Shown: positions 42,285 to 52,108 of the stretch, in pieces | Position numbering within the stretch: the first letter of the stretch is position 1 | How the letters are laid out: each line of letters begins with the position of its first letter | DNA from: Candidatus Helarchaeota archaeon | GTDB taxonomy: Archaea > Asgardarchaeota > Lokiarchaeia > Helarchaeales > RDOG01 | NCBI GenBank assembly: GCA_019058315.1 | Contig: JAHPZH010000009.1 | Span: 136,307 to 200,306 of the forward strand | Length of the DNA stretch: 64,000 nt | Direction of reading: 5' to 3' | Notes under the pieces: generated by a model | What the model saw: only the letters and a program-made list of their open reading frames with translations | Told to the model about the DNA's origin: nothing | The model's database searches: none | Program-made: the position numbers and the translations under genes

Positions 42285-43007
42285 TTAAAAAGAAAATAAA
42301 TAAGATTTCCCTTTTTTTCCAACCATTCGAAGTGTTCCCATCTTTCTAAGGCAGTAGGTCATCTTTCTTACTAATTTGATTGGTTTCTTAAGCTTTTTAG
42401 CAAGGTCAAAATTTGTAAATGGAACAGATATATCTCGTGGAATGTATTCAAGAAAATCATAAGGGGTATGATAAATTTGTGTTCCAAGTACATTCACTAG
42501 TCTTTTATCATAGATGTTCCACCCTCGCCGTCTCCAGCTTCCTTTCCCACATTTTCGACGAATTTCTTCAATTTGAATTAGGGTTGTTTCAACGGAGAGA
42601 TTTGGATGTGCTATAAGGTGTGGTATCCTTATCAATTCATCAAATATATTCTCATGTGAACAATGTTTTGGTGATAACCTCCTCCTTAATACTTTGGAAC
42701 CTGCCCTATTTTGGTATACTATCCATTTATCAGAAATTACAGGATATACTAATAAAACTTTATGATTTTCGACTAAATTCTCAAGCTTCTTTTTTATTGC
42801 ATAGAAATTTTGGGTTTGAATTTCTATAAGGAAATTATCATGGACAATGTCAATTATATAACCATCAACACGCTCCTCAACAAGATCTCCTGGTCTTTTA
42901 TAGTATTCCTTTAGAGATGCATGAAGGGAGCTCTCCCTTAGAGTTCCCACACCATTATGGCATGAGGATTGGTAAACTATTTCTATATTATTATCAACTA
43001 AACTCAT
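42285..43007 (-). CDS. Hypothetical protein, probable PD-(D/E)XK nuclease fold
   Basis: ESSLH, YIIDIV...LIEIQT. Confidence 0.65.
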   Translation of the reverse strand: MSLVDNNIEIVYQSSCHNGVGTLRESSLHASLKEYYKRPGDLVEERVDGYIIDIVHDNFLIEIQTQNFYAIKKKLENLVENHKVLLVYPVISDKWIVYQNRAGSKVLRRRLSPKHCSHENIFDELIRIPHLIAHPNLSVETTLIQIEEIRRKCGKGSWRRRGWNIYDKRLVNVLGTQIYHTPYDFLEYIPRDISVPFTNFDLAKKLKKPIKLVRKMTYCLRKMGTLRMVGKKGKSYLFSF

Positions 43008-43198
43008 ATTTCAAATTTAGAACGAAATACATGAAATTTAAAAGGTAGTAATATTCAGATATATACTCAAGAATAAAACAGTTGTTGTTGATTGATAACT
43101 CGACCAGTTACTTTCAATTTTAAGTCTCCAATTATAAGTTTTTAAGCGAAAGGAACTTATTCTTATCTATAAGAGATTTCAAAAAAGATACATTAAGG

Positions 43199-44344
43199 GT
43201 GAAAATTGTGGAAGTTTATCCCGAGGGTGATAAAAAAGGTGTAGAACTATTCGCCGAGGAAGCCAGAGTCTTGAAAGACTTTGAATTGATAAGAAGAGGA
43301 GAGCCAATTCCTTTTCATGGCCATAAGATTGAAAACTTGTTTTGGAGAGAGCAAGAAAAACCACCTTACGGATTTGTAGAAAAGGATGGTCATGTAATAG
43401 CACTAGAATTTCATTCAGAACTGTTAAAATCTCTTCCTGAGTCCCTTGGCAACCTTAAATCACTCATTCACCTTTCTATAAATGGTTGTCAAGTAAAGAA
43501 GCTCCCGGAGTCCATTGGGCAACTCGAATCACTCACAGACCTATATTTAGGTGGTGCTGATTTAACATCTCTTCCCAAATCCTTCAGCAATCTCAAATCA
43601 CTTATAAACCTTCAAATTAATGGTAATCAGTTTACCACTCTTCCAGAGTATTTTGGGCAGTTAAAATCGCTCCAAAGATTATGGTTTGCTCAGAATCGGG
43701 TTACAACCCTCCCTGAGTCTTTTGGGAAGCTAGAATCCCTCATAGAGTTAAATTTAGGTCATAATCAGCTCACAACTCTCCCTGAATCATTTGGGCAACT
43801 GAAGGCTCTCCAAGAGCTTTCATTAACTTTTAACCCAATCAAGTCTCTTCCTGAGTCTTTTGGACAGCTCGAATCGCTCAGGGAACTAAAATTTTATAAA
43901 AATCCGCAGCTCAAAACATTTCCCGAGTCCTTTGGAAACCTTAAATCACTCCAAAAACTCGAAGTAATTAAAAGTGGTTTGACTACCCTCCCAGAGTCCT
44001 TTGGTCAGCTAAAATCTCTAAGAGAGCTAAAATTAAAGGAAAATAAGTTAGAGACTCTCCCAGAATCCTTTGGACAGTTGATATCCCTTCAAATACTCGA
44101 TTTAGATGATAATCTGCTCACGACTCTCCCAGAGTCTTTTGGAAACTTAAAATCGCTAGAAAAGTTAGGGCTGGCTCGCAATGAGATAACAACCATTCCG
44201 GACTCCTTTGATCAGCTGGAATCCCTTCAACTAGTGGATTTATTTGAAAATCAGCTCAAGACTATCCCGGAACCAGTCACCCGATTACAATCACGCCAAA
44301 ATCTAAAAGTTATGTTTTTTTATTGGGGGGGAAAGAGAAAATGA
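43199..44344 (+). CDS. Leucine-rich repeat protein
   Basis: About 13 23-aa repeats LxxLPESFGxLxSLxxLxLxxN, also visible as ~69-nt DNA repeats. Confidence 0.93.
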   Translation: MKIVEVYPEGDKKGVELFAEEARVLKDFELIRRGEPIPFHGHKIENLFWREQEKPPYGFVEKDGHVIALEFHSELLKSLPESLGNLKSLIHLSINGCQVKKLPESIGQLESLTDLYLGGADLTSLPKSFSNLKSLINLQINGNQFTTLPEYFGQLKSLQRLWFAQNRVTTLPESFGKLESLIELNLGHNQLTTLPESFGQLKALQELSLTFNPIKSLPESFGQLESLRELKFYKNPQLKTFPESFGNLKSLQKLEVIKSGLTTLPESFGQLKSLRELKLKENKLETLPESFGQLISLQILDLDDNLLTTLPESFGNLKSLEKLGLARNEITTIPDSFDQLESLQLVDLFENQLKTIPEPVTRLQSRQNLKVMFFYWGGKRK

Positions 44345-45084
44345 TTGAAAAATTCAAAAATGGTATTGATAAGGTAAAATTAGCAATTGAAAATGATATT
44401 AATGGTAATTACGAAAAAGCTATCAAGTATTATAATGAAGCAATCGATATATTGAATCTATATGCTGAAGAGACTATGAATTTCAAATTAAAAAAATTTT
44501 TGGAAAATAGAATATTCCAATACCATATTAGGATAGAAGAAATTGTTCACGGATTGAAAACAACAGAAACGATTGATACAGAAGTTCCACATACTTTTGG
44601 AGAACCTAAGAAAATATTTGACGAAGGAATGAAAAAAGGGCAAGAAGCTGAAAAGTTAGATAAAAAAGGCAAGAAAGAAGAAGCTTATAGATTATATATG
44701 GATGCTGCAGATATTTTAATGAATTTTGCAAAAATATCAAAGGATTCAAAATTGAAACATATATGTATGGATAAAACTGAGCAATATATAGAAAGAGTTA
44801 AAAAAATAAGGAACATTTCTGGCCGCTCTATCCTTCCAAGCATTCTTAGAGAATTGAGAAATCTTACAAGAGAATATTCTCATGAAATTATGGAAAATCC
44901 CCTCGAAATTTTAAAATTAAGATTGGTAAAAGGAGAAATCTCCTTAGAAGAATTTGAAAAAGTTAAAAGTACTCTTGAACAATCTAACCTCAATCAAAAT
45001 GATTATATGTATTGTTCCAATTGCGGAAAAAAGATTCCAAGCAATTCAAAGTTCTGCATAGAATGTGGTCTTAAAATATTATAA
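44341..45084 (+). CDS. Double MIT-domain protein with SHOCT-like segment and C-terminal zinc ribbon
   Basis: AIEND..GNYEKAIKYY.EAI..L and AE.LD..G..EEAY..Y..AA..L (MIT); LKLRLVKGEISLEEFE (SHOCT); CSNCG...FCIECG; ATGA overlap with LRR stop. Confidence 0.75.
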   Translation: MIEKFKNGIDKVKLAIENDINGNYEKAIKYYNEAIDILNLYAEETMNFKLKKFLENRIFQYHIRIEEIVHGLKTTETIDTEVPHTFGEPKKIFDEGMKKGQEAEKLDKKGKKEEAYRLYMDAADILMNFAKISKDSKLKHICMDKTEQYIERVKKIRNISGRSILPSILRELRNLTREYSHEIMENPLEILKLRLVKGEISLEEFEKVKSTLEQSNLNQNDYMYCSNCGKKIPSNSKFCIECGLKIL

Positions 45085-45249
45085 AGCGAGGTTGAGATGG
45101 TGAGGTAAGTAAAGGTTTATAAAGAGCCTAATCCTCGCATATTGCTTTTTAACCTCCTATTCCCTACATTCCCCTTTTTAGTGAGCATGTGAAATAAAGT
45201 TACGTTTTGATGAACTTTTTTATATGATAAATTATTTAATATAGAATCA

Positions 45250-45930
45250 ATGAAAGGCGTATTTCTTTGTAAATTTGATGAAATCCAAGGATATATTCCA
45301 ATTGAACCTTTATTAATTAATAATGACGAAATTTTAAATAATGAAAAATTATTACAAGAGATCGCGAGGAATGCAATAGGTTTCGGATCATTTGTAGAAT
45401 TTTGTTCTTTTTCTTTAAGTGGTATTAATTGTATTTCACGGCGTTTTTCAGTCTCCGTCCAAGCTGCTCGTGGTGGTAGTGCTATTTATTCATTAGTAAT
45501 TATTGCTAATGAAGAAGTTATAAAATTCAAGACTTTGTTATTAGAAACTGTAGAAAAATTATTGGATTGGAAAGATATAGAAGGCTATTTAAAACGTTTG
45601 TACGATGCAATTAGCTATGCAGAAACACCTCTTTATAAAGAAGAAGCTGAAGGATCGGTAAAAGATTCAGTATCGGAGGAAATAAAAGAATTATATATTC
45701 ATTTTATGTCCACAATTGGACCTGGGGAGAAAAAAGAAAAATTACTCATTAATCCCAGAAGTAATGTTAGAACTATAAAAGAATCTGTGGGAAATTTGTT
45801 TGGACTGGGTCCAAATGAATTCTATTTATCTTATGGCGGTGTTACAATGGAAGAAACCAATTTAATAATGGATTATGACATAAAGGATGACGACACCATA
45901 CTTTTACTTCCCACAAGCACAGCAGGTTGA
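45250..45930 (+). CDS. Longin/uDENN-like domain fused to C-terminal ubiquitin-like domain
   Basis: N-terminal VFLCKFDEIQG; C-terminal beta-grasp-like FMSTIGPG...LSYGG..M....IMDYDIKDDDTILLLP ending in TAG(Gly). Confidence 0.65.
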   Translation: MKGVFLCKFDEIQGYIPIEPLLINNDEILNNEKLLQEIARNAIGFGSFVEFCSFSLSGINCISRRFSVSVQAARGGSAIYSLVIIANEEVIKFKTLLLETVEKLLDWKDIEGYLKRLYDAISYAETPLYKEEAEGSVKDSVSEEIKELYIHFMSTIGPGEKKEKLLINPRSNVRTIKESVGNLFGLGPNEFYLSYGGVTMEETNLIMDYDIKDDDTILLLPTSTAG

Positions 45931-46070
45931 ACTCAATGGATAAATTTTACCCTGATTTGGGGATAATATAAAAATAACAGACAATTCTGAGGGCAATTTA
46001 TTTTCGCATTAAATTAAAATTATCTATCCATTTGCTACCAAAATTAAGAATTTTCCCTTTAGGTGATAAA

Positions 46071-47435
46071 ATGAAGTTTGAACCAACTAATGAATCTATA
46101 AAAAAGCATCAAGTTCCAAACTGGTTTCATGAGGCTAAACTTGGAATCTTTATCCATTGGGGACTTTATTCTGTTCCAGCTTTTGCGGTTACTGGCACGG
46201 ATATAATTTCAAATATGTCAAAATATGGTTTGAAGTATCATTTTAAAAATAATCCATATGCGGAATGGTATTTAAATACATTAAAAATTGAAGGAAGTCC
46301 AACTCAAAAATATCATTTTAAGACTTACGGAAAGCATTTTTCCTATGATAATTTCGTTCCAATGTTTAATGAAGCAATAAAAGAATGGAATCCTGAAAAC
46401 ATGGCTGATTTATTTAAAAAAATAGGAGCTAGCTATGTTGTTCTTGTCACTAGACATATTGATGGATTTTTAATGTGGCACAGTAAATATCCAAATCCAA
46501 ATAAAACAAATTATATGGCAAAGAGAGATATTGTAAAGGAACTCACTGAAGCTGTAAAAAAGAGAGGTATGAAAATGGGTTTTTATTATTGTAGCGCTTG
46601 GGATTGGACGTTTAATACTAAAACAATAAAAGATGAGCCCAGCTTTATGAATAAATACATTAATCCTCCTGAATACACCGAATACGTTACAAAACATTGG
46701 TTTGAGTTGATTGATAAATATGAACCAGATATTCTTTGGAGTGATATGGGATATCCTTATGGAACTAATGTGAATGAAATTTTTGCTTATTTTTATAATA
46801 AATTTCCAGATGGTATAGTAAACGATAGATGGAATCAATATAATCCAGCAAATAAAAAATTTAAAATAAACCATAGTGATTATCGAACTCCTGAATATGA
46901 AATATATAGATTTAAAAAAAAGTTTAAATGGGAATGTACCCGAGGAATTGGTAATTCATTCGGATATAATAAATTCGAAACCGAACAAGATTATCTTACT
47001 TCTAAAGAATTGATACTAATTCTAATTGATATTGTAAGTAAAAATGGTAATTTATTATTAAATATTGGTCCTATGGCAGATGGATCTATCCCTGAAGTCC
47101 AAAGACAACGTTTGTTAGATCTAGGTGAATGGATCAATATTAATGGCGAAGCTATTTTTGGAACCCATCCATATAAAAAGACTAGAAGCAAGACTTTGGA
47201 CGGGATAGAAGTGAGATTTACTCAAAGACCGGGTGTTATATATGCAATCTTACTCGATATACCTAAAAATAATGAAATTACTATTAAAAATTTCGAAATT
47301 TCGAAACATTCAATCATAAATCTTATCGGATATGATGGAGATTTATATTGGAAAAAAAATGACGATAACTTAACTATTGTTCTTCCAGAAAATATTAAAG
47401 AAACTATAGCTTTAGCTTTAAAAGTGAAAATATAA
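46071..47435 (+). CDS. GH29 alpha-L-fucosidase family
   Basis: WFHEAKLGIFIHWGLYSVP, YAEWY, ILWSD nucleophile, VNDRW, VSKNGNLLLNIGP. Confidence 0.92.
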   Translation: MKFEPTNESIKKHQVPNWFHEAKLGIFIHWGLYSVPAFAVTGTDIISNMSKYGLKYHFKNNPYAEWYLNTLKIEGSPTQKYHFKTYGKHFSYDNFVPMFNEAIKEWNPENMADLFKKIGASYVVLVTRHIDGFLMWHSKYPNPNKTNYMAKRDIVKELTEAVKKRGMKMGFYYCSAWDWTFNTKTIKDEPSFMNKYINPPEYTEYVTKHWFELIDKYEPDILWSDMGYPYGTNVNEIFAYFYNKFPDGIVNDRWNQYNPANKKFKINHSDYRTPEYEIYRFKKKFKWECTRGIGNSFGYNKFETEQDYLTSKELILILIDIVSKNGNLLLNIGPMADGSIPEVQRQRLLDLGEWININGEAIFGTHPYKKTRSKTLDGIEVRFTQRPGVIYAILLDIPKNNEITIKNFEISKHSIINLIGYDGDLYWKKNDDNLTIVLPENIKETIALALKVKI

Positions 47436-47442
47436 TTAGTTG

Positions 47443-48579
47443 TTAACGCCCTTCGATAAAACCCTTAAACTTATCCCACATAACATCAATTTCTTGAGGA
47501 CTTTTAGGTGGTTTATAGAGAATTTCCCGCATTGCTTTGGCCGAAGATTGTTCTTTTTTCAACCATTTCCCTATTGGGGAATTATTGACTAATTTCTGAG
47601 CTTCTTCAAAATCGGCAGGTTGGAGCTTGCCTTCATCTTGAAGGATTTTTCCCAAAAGTTCGCCAAGATCATAGCCTATCGTCATTGAGGATACGATTCC
47701 AGAGCCCCCAACTGCGCCGACATGCCCCATGGCATCTCCAATTACAAAGAGATTCGGTTTGTAAGTTTTCTTAACAGGACCACCAAAAGCGAGGATCTCA
47801 TCAGCATAATAGATATATTGACCACGGTCTAAGCGCTTTCTGAGAATAGGATGGGTTTTGGCAGCATTATCCAAAATTGATTTTAAGTTATATTGATCTG
47901 AATCTAACCAGACAGTTGCTCCCAATTCAGCACGATTATGCAGTTTGGGAAAGATCCAGATAACAGCAGGGATATCCAGAAGGAAAAATTCCAGTTCATG
48001 GGGATCTGGGATATTTAAATTCTCTGCAACGATTTTGATCGCGGGACAGATATTTTTTGGATTCTTTAAGTCAGCAGGAACGTTCAGTTTTGTATGAAGT
48101 CCGATTGCAGAAATAATAAGCTTTGGAAAAATCTCGCTTTTTTCACTCAGTTCTTGGTATTTCAGTCCTATTATTTTATCATCTCGCTCGATAAGTTCCA
48201 TTACTTCAGCTTTGAGTTTAATTTGAACACCTTCTTTAATGGCGATTGATAATAGTTCATCAATCAATTCCCGATATTCGATTCCTATTTTATCACCACT
48301 TGGAAGTAGGCGATGGGCGAATTTTTTAGTGGAAGGTGTGTAATATTTTGCACTTTTATAAACAATTCGGCTTACTGATTCGGGTAATCCTTTTTGGTTA
48401 AAAACTTTCTCGAAAATTTTGGCGGCATTGTCTATTACCTCCCCTTTAATACGTTTTCCAAACTCATTATCTTGTTCCAGAAGGAGAACACTCAATCCCC
48501 GTCTTTTAAAACTTATAGCTGCTGATAAACCAGCAACACCACCTCCAATCACCACTACATCAATATTGTTCAAGCTCAT
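47443..48579 (-). CDS. FAD-dependent oxidoreductase (geranylgeranyl reductase family)
   Basis: VVVIGGGVAGLSAA, WIFP, IGDAMG. Confidence 0.8.
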   Translation of the reverse strand: MSLNNIDVVVIGGGVAGLSAAISFKRRGLSVLLLEQDNEFGKRIKGEVIDNAAKIFEKVFNQKGLPESVSRIVYKSAKYYTPSTKKFAHRLLPSGDKIGIEYRELIDELLSIAIKEGVQIKLKAEVMELIERDDKIIGLKYQELSEKSEIFPKLIISAIGLHTKLNVPADLKNPKNICPAIKIVAENLNIPDPHELEFFLLDIPAVIWIFPKLHNRAELGATVWLDSDQYNLKSILDNAAKTHPILRKRLDRGQYIYYADEILAFGGPVKKTYKPNLFVIGDAMGHVGAVGGSGIVSSMTIGYDLGELLGKILQDEGKLQPADFEEAQKLVNNSPIGKWLKKEQSSAKAMREILYKPPKSPQEIDVMWDKFKGFIEGR

Positions 48580-48752
48580 TTTTTATCACTTAAATAATTT
48601 TACTATAATATTATATTCTTTAAAGAAAGAGGGCAATAAAATTTTCATTAAGTGGTAATTATTTTTTAAAGGTATGTGAAGAATTTTGGAATGATGATCT
48701 TCTTCCTACTAGAGATAAATTCCTCAAAATAGTCTTTAATGACCAAAAAAAG

Positions 48753-48887
48753 TCAATCAACTTTGTCAGACTCCTTAAAGTAGTGTTCGTAACCACATTT
48801 TGTACAAATTTTAATTTTAAAAATTAAATATTTTCTCTCTATTAACTCATCATTCCCACACATAATACATTTCATGATTTTTCCCAT
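48753..48887 (-). CDS. 44-aa zinc-ribbon microprotein (not in ORF track)
   Basis: MGKIMKCIMCGNDELIERKYLIFKIKICTKCGYEHYFKESDKVD: CxxC-x17-CxxCGY. Confidence 0.55.
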   Translation of the reverse strand: MGKIMKCIMCGNDELIERKYLIFKIKICTKCGYEHYFKESDKVD

Positions 48888-49137
48888 TATTTATTTTATT
48901 CATTAATTCCATTATTACAGTCATAATTATAGCTATAGCTTTTCATTTTATTAAGATAATTCCCAACTTTTGGATCCTTCATTTTTCAATTGAATCTTCA
49001 CCATTTGTGTTTTTTTTATAAACGGTTTAACCATTTAAATGCCACTATTACTCCTTGTTAGTTTATTAATTAAAAATTTTAAATATAAATACTAAATTAC
49101 AAAATTATTTCATTAAGAAATTTGAGTTGAATAATAG

Positions 49138-49428
49138 ATGGCTGATATTATAGAAATAGAGGTGGAAGTTACCGAATTTCTCCAAAATGCTATGCATGAT
49201 GATTTCGAAAATGGTAAATTTGCTTCTTACCATGCCTCCATTCTTAAAATTCTTTCTCCTATTGACTTAAAAAATAAGAAAATTACCATTTATCATGACA
49301 GCGATTTAGATCAAAATAGTCCTTGGCGGAAATTAAATCAAAAACTTAAATTTTCAATTAAAAAGGAATATTTAGATGATTTAAAGCATATTTTTAATGG
49401 TGCTATTCAAAATTTATGTATTCTTTAG
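49138..49428 (+). CDS. Hypothetical protein
   Basis: Open 96-aa frame with ATG. Confidence 0.55.
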   Translation: MADIIEIEVEVTEFLQNAMHDDFENGKFASYHASILKILSPIDLKNKKITIYHDSDLDQNSPWRKLNQKLKFSIKKEYLDDLKHIFNGAIQNLCIL

Positions 49429-49583
49429 GAATATTAACTATCATGAGACCGGTTTATAATCATAACTCCCACAATTCCTCAATATTATATAGCAGTCCTA
49501 AATAGTTCAATACATATTTATAAGCTTCCATTTTATAATGAATCTGACTATTATAAGTTTTGATTTTAATAGAAGGGTTTTAA

Positions 49584-50123
49584 TTGAGAAACAAACATCA
49601 ATACAGAATTGTTTTATTAGGAGAAGGTGCTGTTGGAAAGACAGCGATAAGACAAAGATTTGTTGGAAAGGGATTTGAATCTGAATACATTAAAACTGTA
49701 GGTGCTGATTTCAGTAAAAAAATTATAAATGTAAAAGATACTGAGGTAAATTATCTAATTTGGGATCCAGCAGGTCATCTAGAATTTAAAAGTAGGTCTG
49801 GAATATTCTATTCAGGATGTACCGGTGCTATTTTAGTATTTGATTTAACAAATTTAGACACATTATTTAAACTGGATAACTGGATTAACGAAGCAATAGA
49901 AAAAAGCAAAGGTAGTATAAAAACTTGGTTTTTAGTTGGGAATAAATGCGATTTAGAACGAAAAATTGAATATCAACAAGTATTAAATTTTGCACAAGCA
50001 TCATTGAATAAAATAAGTCCGAATTTATACTACTTAGAGACTTCTGCAAAGACCGGAAAGAATATAGATAAATTGTTTAATGATTTAGGTCAAATCCTTT
50101 TGAGCAAGGTCTTGGATTTATAA
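49584..50123 (+). CDS. Rab-like small GTPase
   Basis: GEGAVGKT, YIKTVGADF, WDPAGH, GNKCD, ETSAK. Confidence 0.9.
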   Translation: MRNKHQYRIVLLGEGAVGKTAIRQRFVGKGFESEYIKTVGADFSKKIINVKDTEVNYLIWDPAGHLEFKSRSGIFYSGCTGAILVFDLTNLDTLFKLDNWINEAIEKSKGSIKTWFLVGNKCDLERKIEYQQVLNFAQASLNKISPNLYYLETSAKTGKNIDKLFNDLGQILLSKVLDL

Positions 50124-50157
50124 TGTATGATTTAATGAATTTAAAAAGTGGGGTTAT

Positions 50158-50742
50158 TTGTATACTAAAATTTTGAAAAAACCAAAAGATATTTGCATTA
50201 ATGCAATATATCCTGCTCTATCCCAAGTTAATGGTACTTATAAGATAAGAAGAGCTGATAATGAAATAAAATTTAGATGGGTAAGACCATTTCGCAAAAC
50301 ATATAATTATAATCATATACATTATGGAAAAATATTATTTGAAGGAGATGAAATAACAAAAGTTACAATAATTATCGATGTTTTAATAATATATCTAGGT
50401 TTATCCCTAATAATAATTTTGGGTATATTTCTTTCAATAATGTTTCTTACTTCGCCGAGTGATGTACCAACATATATGAGAATAAGAATTTTGATAATGG
50501 CTCTTTTAACACCTATTTTAATAGGAATCCCATTCGCACTTGGTATGAAAGCGTATTATCACAGATCAGAAAGAGATCTTTGGTTTAGAATTGCTTCGAA
50601 AATTGACAAAAACGTAATTAGTGAAACAATACTTTACATAAAGTTATTCTTATGCTATAAAACTTGTCCAAAATGTAAGAATAGCAATAAAATAAATTCA
50701 AAATTTTGTGTTTATTGTGGGGAGCAAATTGGTGATAGTTAA
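50158..50742 (+). CDS. 2-TM protein with C-terminal zinc ribbon
   Basis: Two TM helices; CPKC...SKFCVYCG. Confidence 0.7.
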   Translation: MYTKILKKPKDICINAIYPALSQVNGTYKIRRADNEIKFRWVRPFRKTYNYNHIHYGKILFEGDEITKVTIIIDVLIIYLGLSLIIILGIFLSIMFLTSPSDVPTYMRIRILIMALLTPILIGIPFALGMKAYYHRSERDLWFRIASKIDKNVISETILYIKLFLCYKTCPKCKNSNKINSKFCVYCGEQIGDS

Positions 50743-50805
50743 AGAATTTTATACTGCATCCACATATTAAAATTAAGCATCTTAAAAATCATTCAAGGGT
50801 CTAAT

Positions 50806-51660
50806 ATGAGGATTAATATAAGTGAAGAAATATCAATTATTTCTGTAATTGGAGCAGGATATATGGGTCGACAGATTATTGAGAAATCTGCTTTATACGG
50901 ATATAATATAAATGTTTTTGATGAAAATCTTGAAGGGTTAAAAGAATTTTTAGGAGACCTGAAAAAGAAAACCGAAGAGAAAAATATTAAAGTTGATATA
51001 AATCTTTTTACAAATATTTCTGAGGCAGTAAAAAATTCAGATTTAATCATAGAAGCAATTCCAGAGAAATTAGAATTAAAAAAAGTAATTTTTTCGCAGA
51101 TTGATAAATTAGCTCCACCCAATGCAATAATAGCAACTAATAGTTCTTCTATCCCGATTTCAAAATTGGAAGACGCTGTTGAGCGGAAAGATAAAGTATT
51201 AAACATCCACTTCTACAATCTTTTTACTATGCCAATGGCAGATATCATGCGGGGAACTCAAACTAGCAATGAAACCTTTCAGAAAGGGAAAAATTGGTTA
51301 GAAAGTATTGAAATCGTTCCACTTGAAGTTAAAAAAGAGTGTTATGGTTTTGTTTTTAATAGAATATGGAGAGCAATTAAAAAAGAATGTCTAAAGATAT
51401 GGGCTGGAGGTCATGCGGATGTTGAGACTGTGGATAAAGCTTGGCAAATTTTCTGCCAATATTTCCTCAAAAATAAATATGGTCCATTTCAATTTATGGA
51501 TAGAATAGGATTAGATGTGGTTTATGATATCGAAATGTCGTATTTCAAAAATACTGGACTTCCAGATGATAAACCTCCTGATTTACTTAAGGATGCGGTT
51601 GAGAGAGGTGAATTAGGAGTAAAAACTGGAAAAGGTTTTTACAATTATGATACCCGATAA
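50806..51660 (+). CDS. 3-hydroxyacyl-CoA dehydrogenase
   Basis: VIGAGYMG, IIEAIPE, IIATNSSS, HFYN, GFVFNR, LGVKTGKGFY. Confidence 0.92.
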   Translation: MRINISEEISIISVIGAGYMGRQIIEKSALYGYNINVFDENLEGLKEFLGDLKKKTEEKNIKVDINLFTNISEAVKNSDLIIEAIPEKLELKKVIFSQIDKLAPPNAIIATNSSSIPISKLEDAVERKDKVLNIHFYNLFTMPMADIMRGTQTSNETFQKGKNWLESIEIVPLEVKKECYGFVFNRIWRAIKKECLKIWAGGHADVETVDKAWQIFCQYFLKNKYGPFQFMDRIGLDVVYDIEMSYFKNTGLPDDKPPDLLKDAVERGELGVKTGKGFYNYDTR

Positions 51661-51735
51661 ATTTTTTTTATTTTTGATGATATATAGAACAATAATATTA
51701 AATAAAAGAAATATAGGAAAAAGGAGGTATTCAAA

Positions 51736-51882
51736 ATAAGTAGGATTATTGGGAAATGTCCATCTTGCGATGCTGGTCTAACGAAAAAAGATATTAAAAG
51801 AGACCGTTTTAAAGGAATTATGGCTGGTCATTATGCTTATATCTGTTTAAAGTGTGATCATATAATTGGATTTAGTAGGTAG
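51736..51882 (+). CDS. 48-aa zinc-ribbon microprotein with probable AUA start (paralog of 26845)
   Basis: (I)SRIIGKCPSCDAGLTKKDIKRDRFKGIMAGHYAYICLKCDHIIGFSR; AGGAGGT SD. Confidence 0.72.
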   Translation: MSRIIGKCPSCDAGLTKKDIKRDRFKGIMAGHYAYICLKCDHIIGFSR

Positions 51883-51910
51883 GAAATTGCAAAGTTATTA
51901 TGGAATGGTT

Positions 51911-52060
51911 ATGATTTTTCATATTATAGGTCTCCGTTATGCTGGAAAATCTACATTCATCAAAGAAAAATTTCCAGGTGCAGTAGTTTTGGACATGAAA
52001 AAATTCTATAAAACCCACGATTTCCTACCTGCAACCTCCTATCATGGGACGAAACTATAG
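51911..52060 (+). pseudogene. Truncated P-loop kinase (AAA_33-like) fragment
   Basis: IIGLRYAGKSTFIK Walker A, then a stop after about 49 aa. Confidence 0.45.
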
Positions 52061-52108
52061 GTTTTTGGAATGTTTAAAATGTTATATATCCAAATGGGTG
52101 AATAATTA

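Noticed and set aside
45086-45138. GCGAGG/CCTCGC hairpin after the MIT gene as a SECIS or ncRNA
   Set aside because: Only a 6-bp outer stem, no clear SECIS core, and no Sec-type in-frame UGA found in adjacent genes.
51866-52108. P-loop fragment as another intron-split gene
   Set aside because: No BHB near the stop and no room for a downstream exon before the next gene; treated as a remnant.
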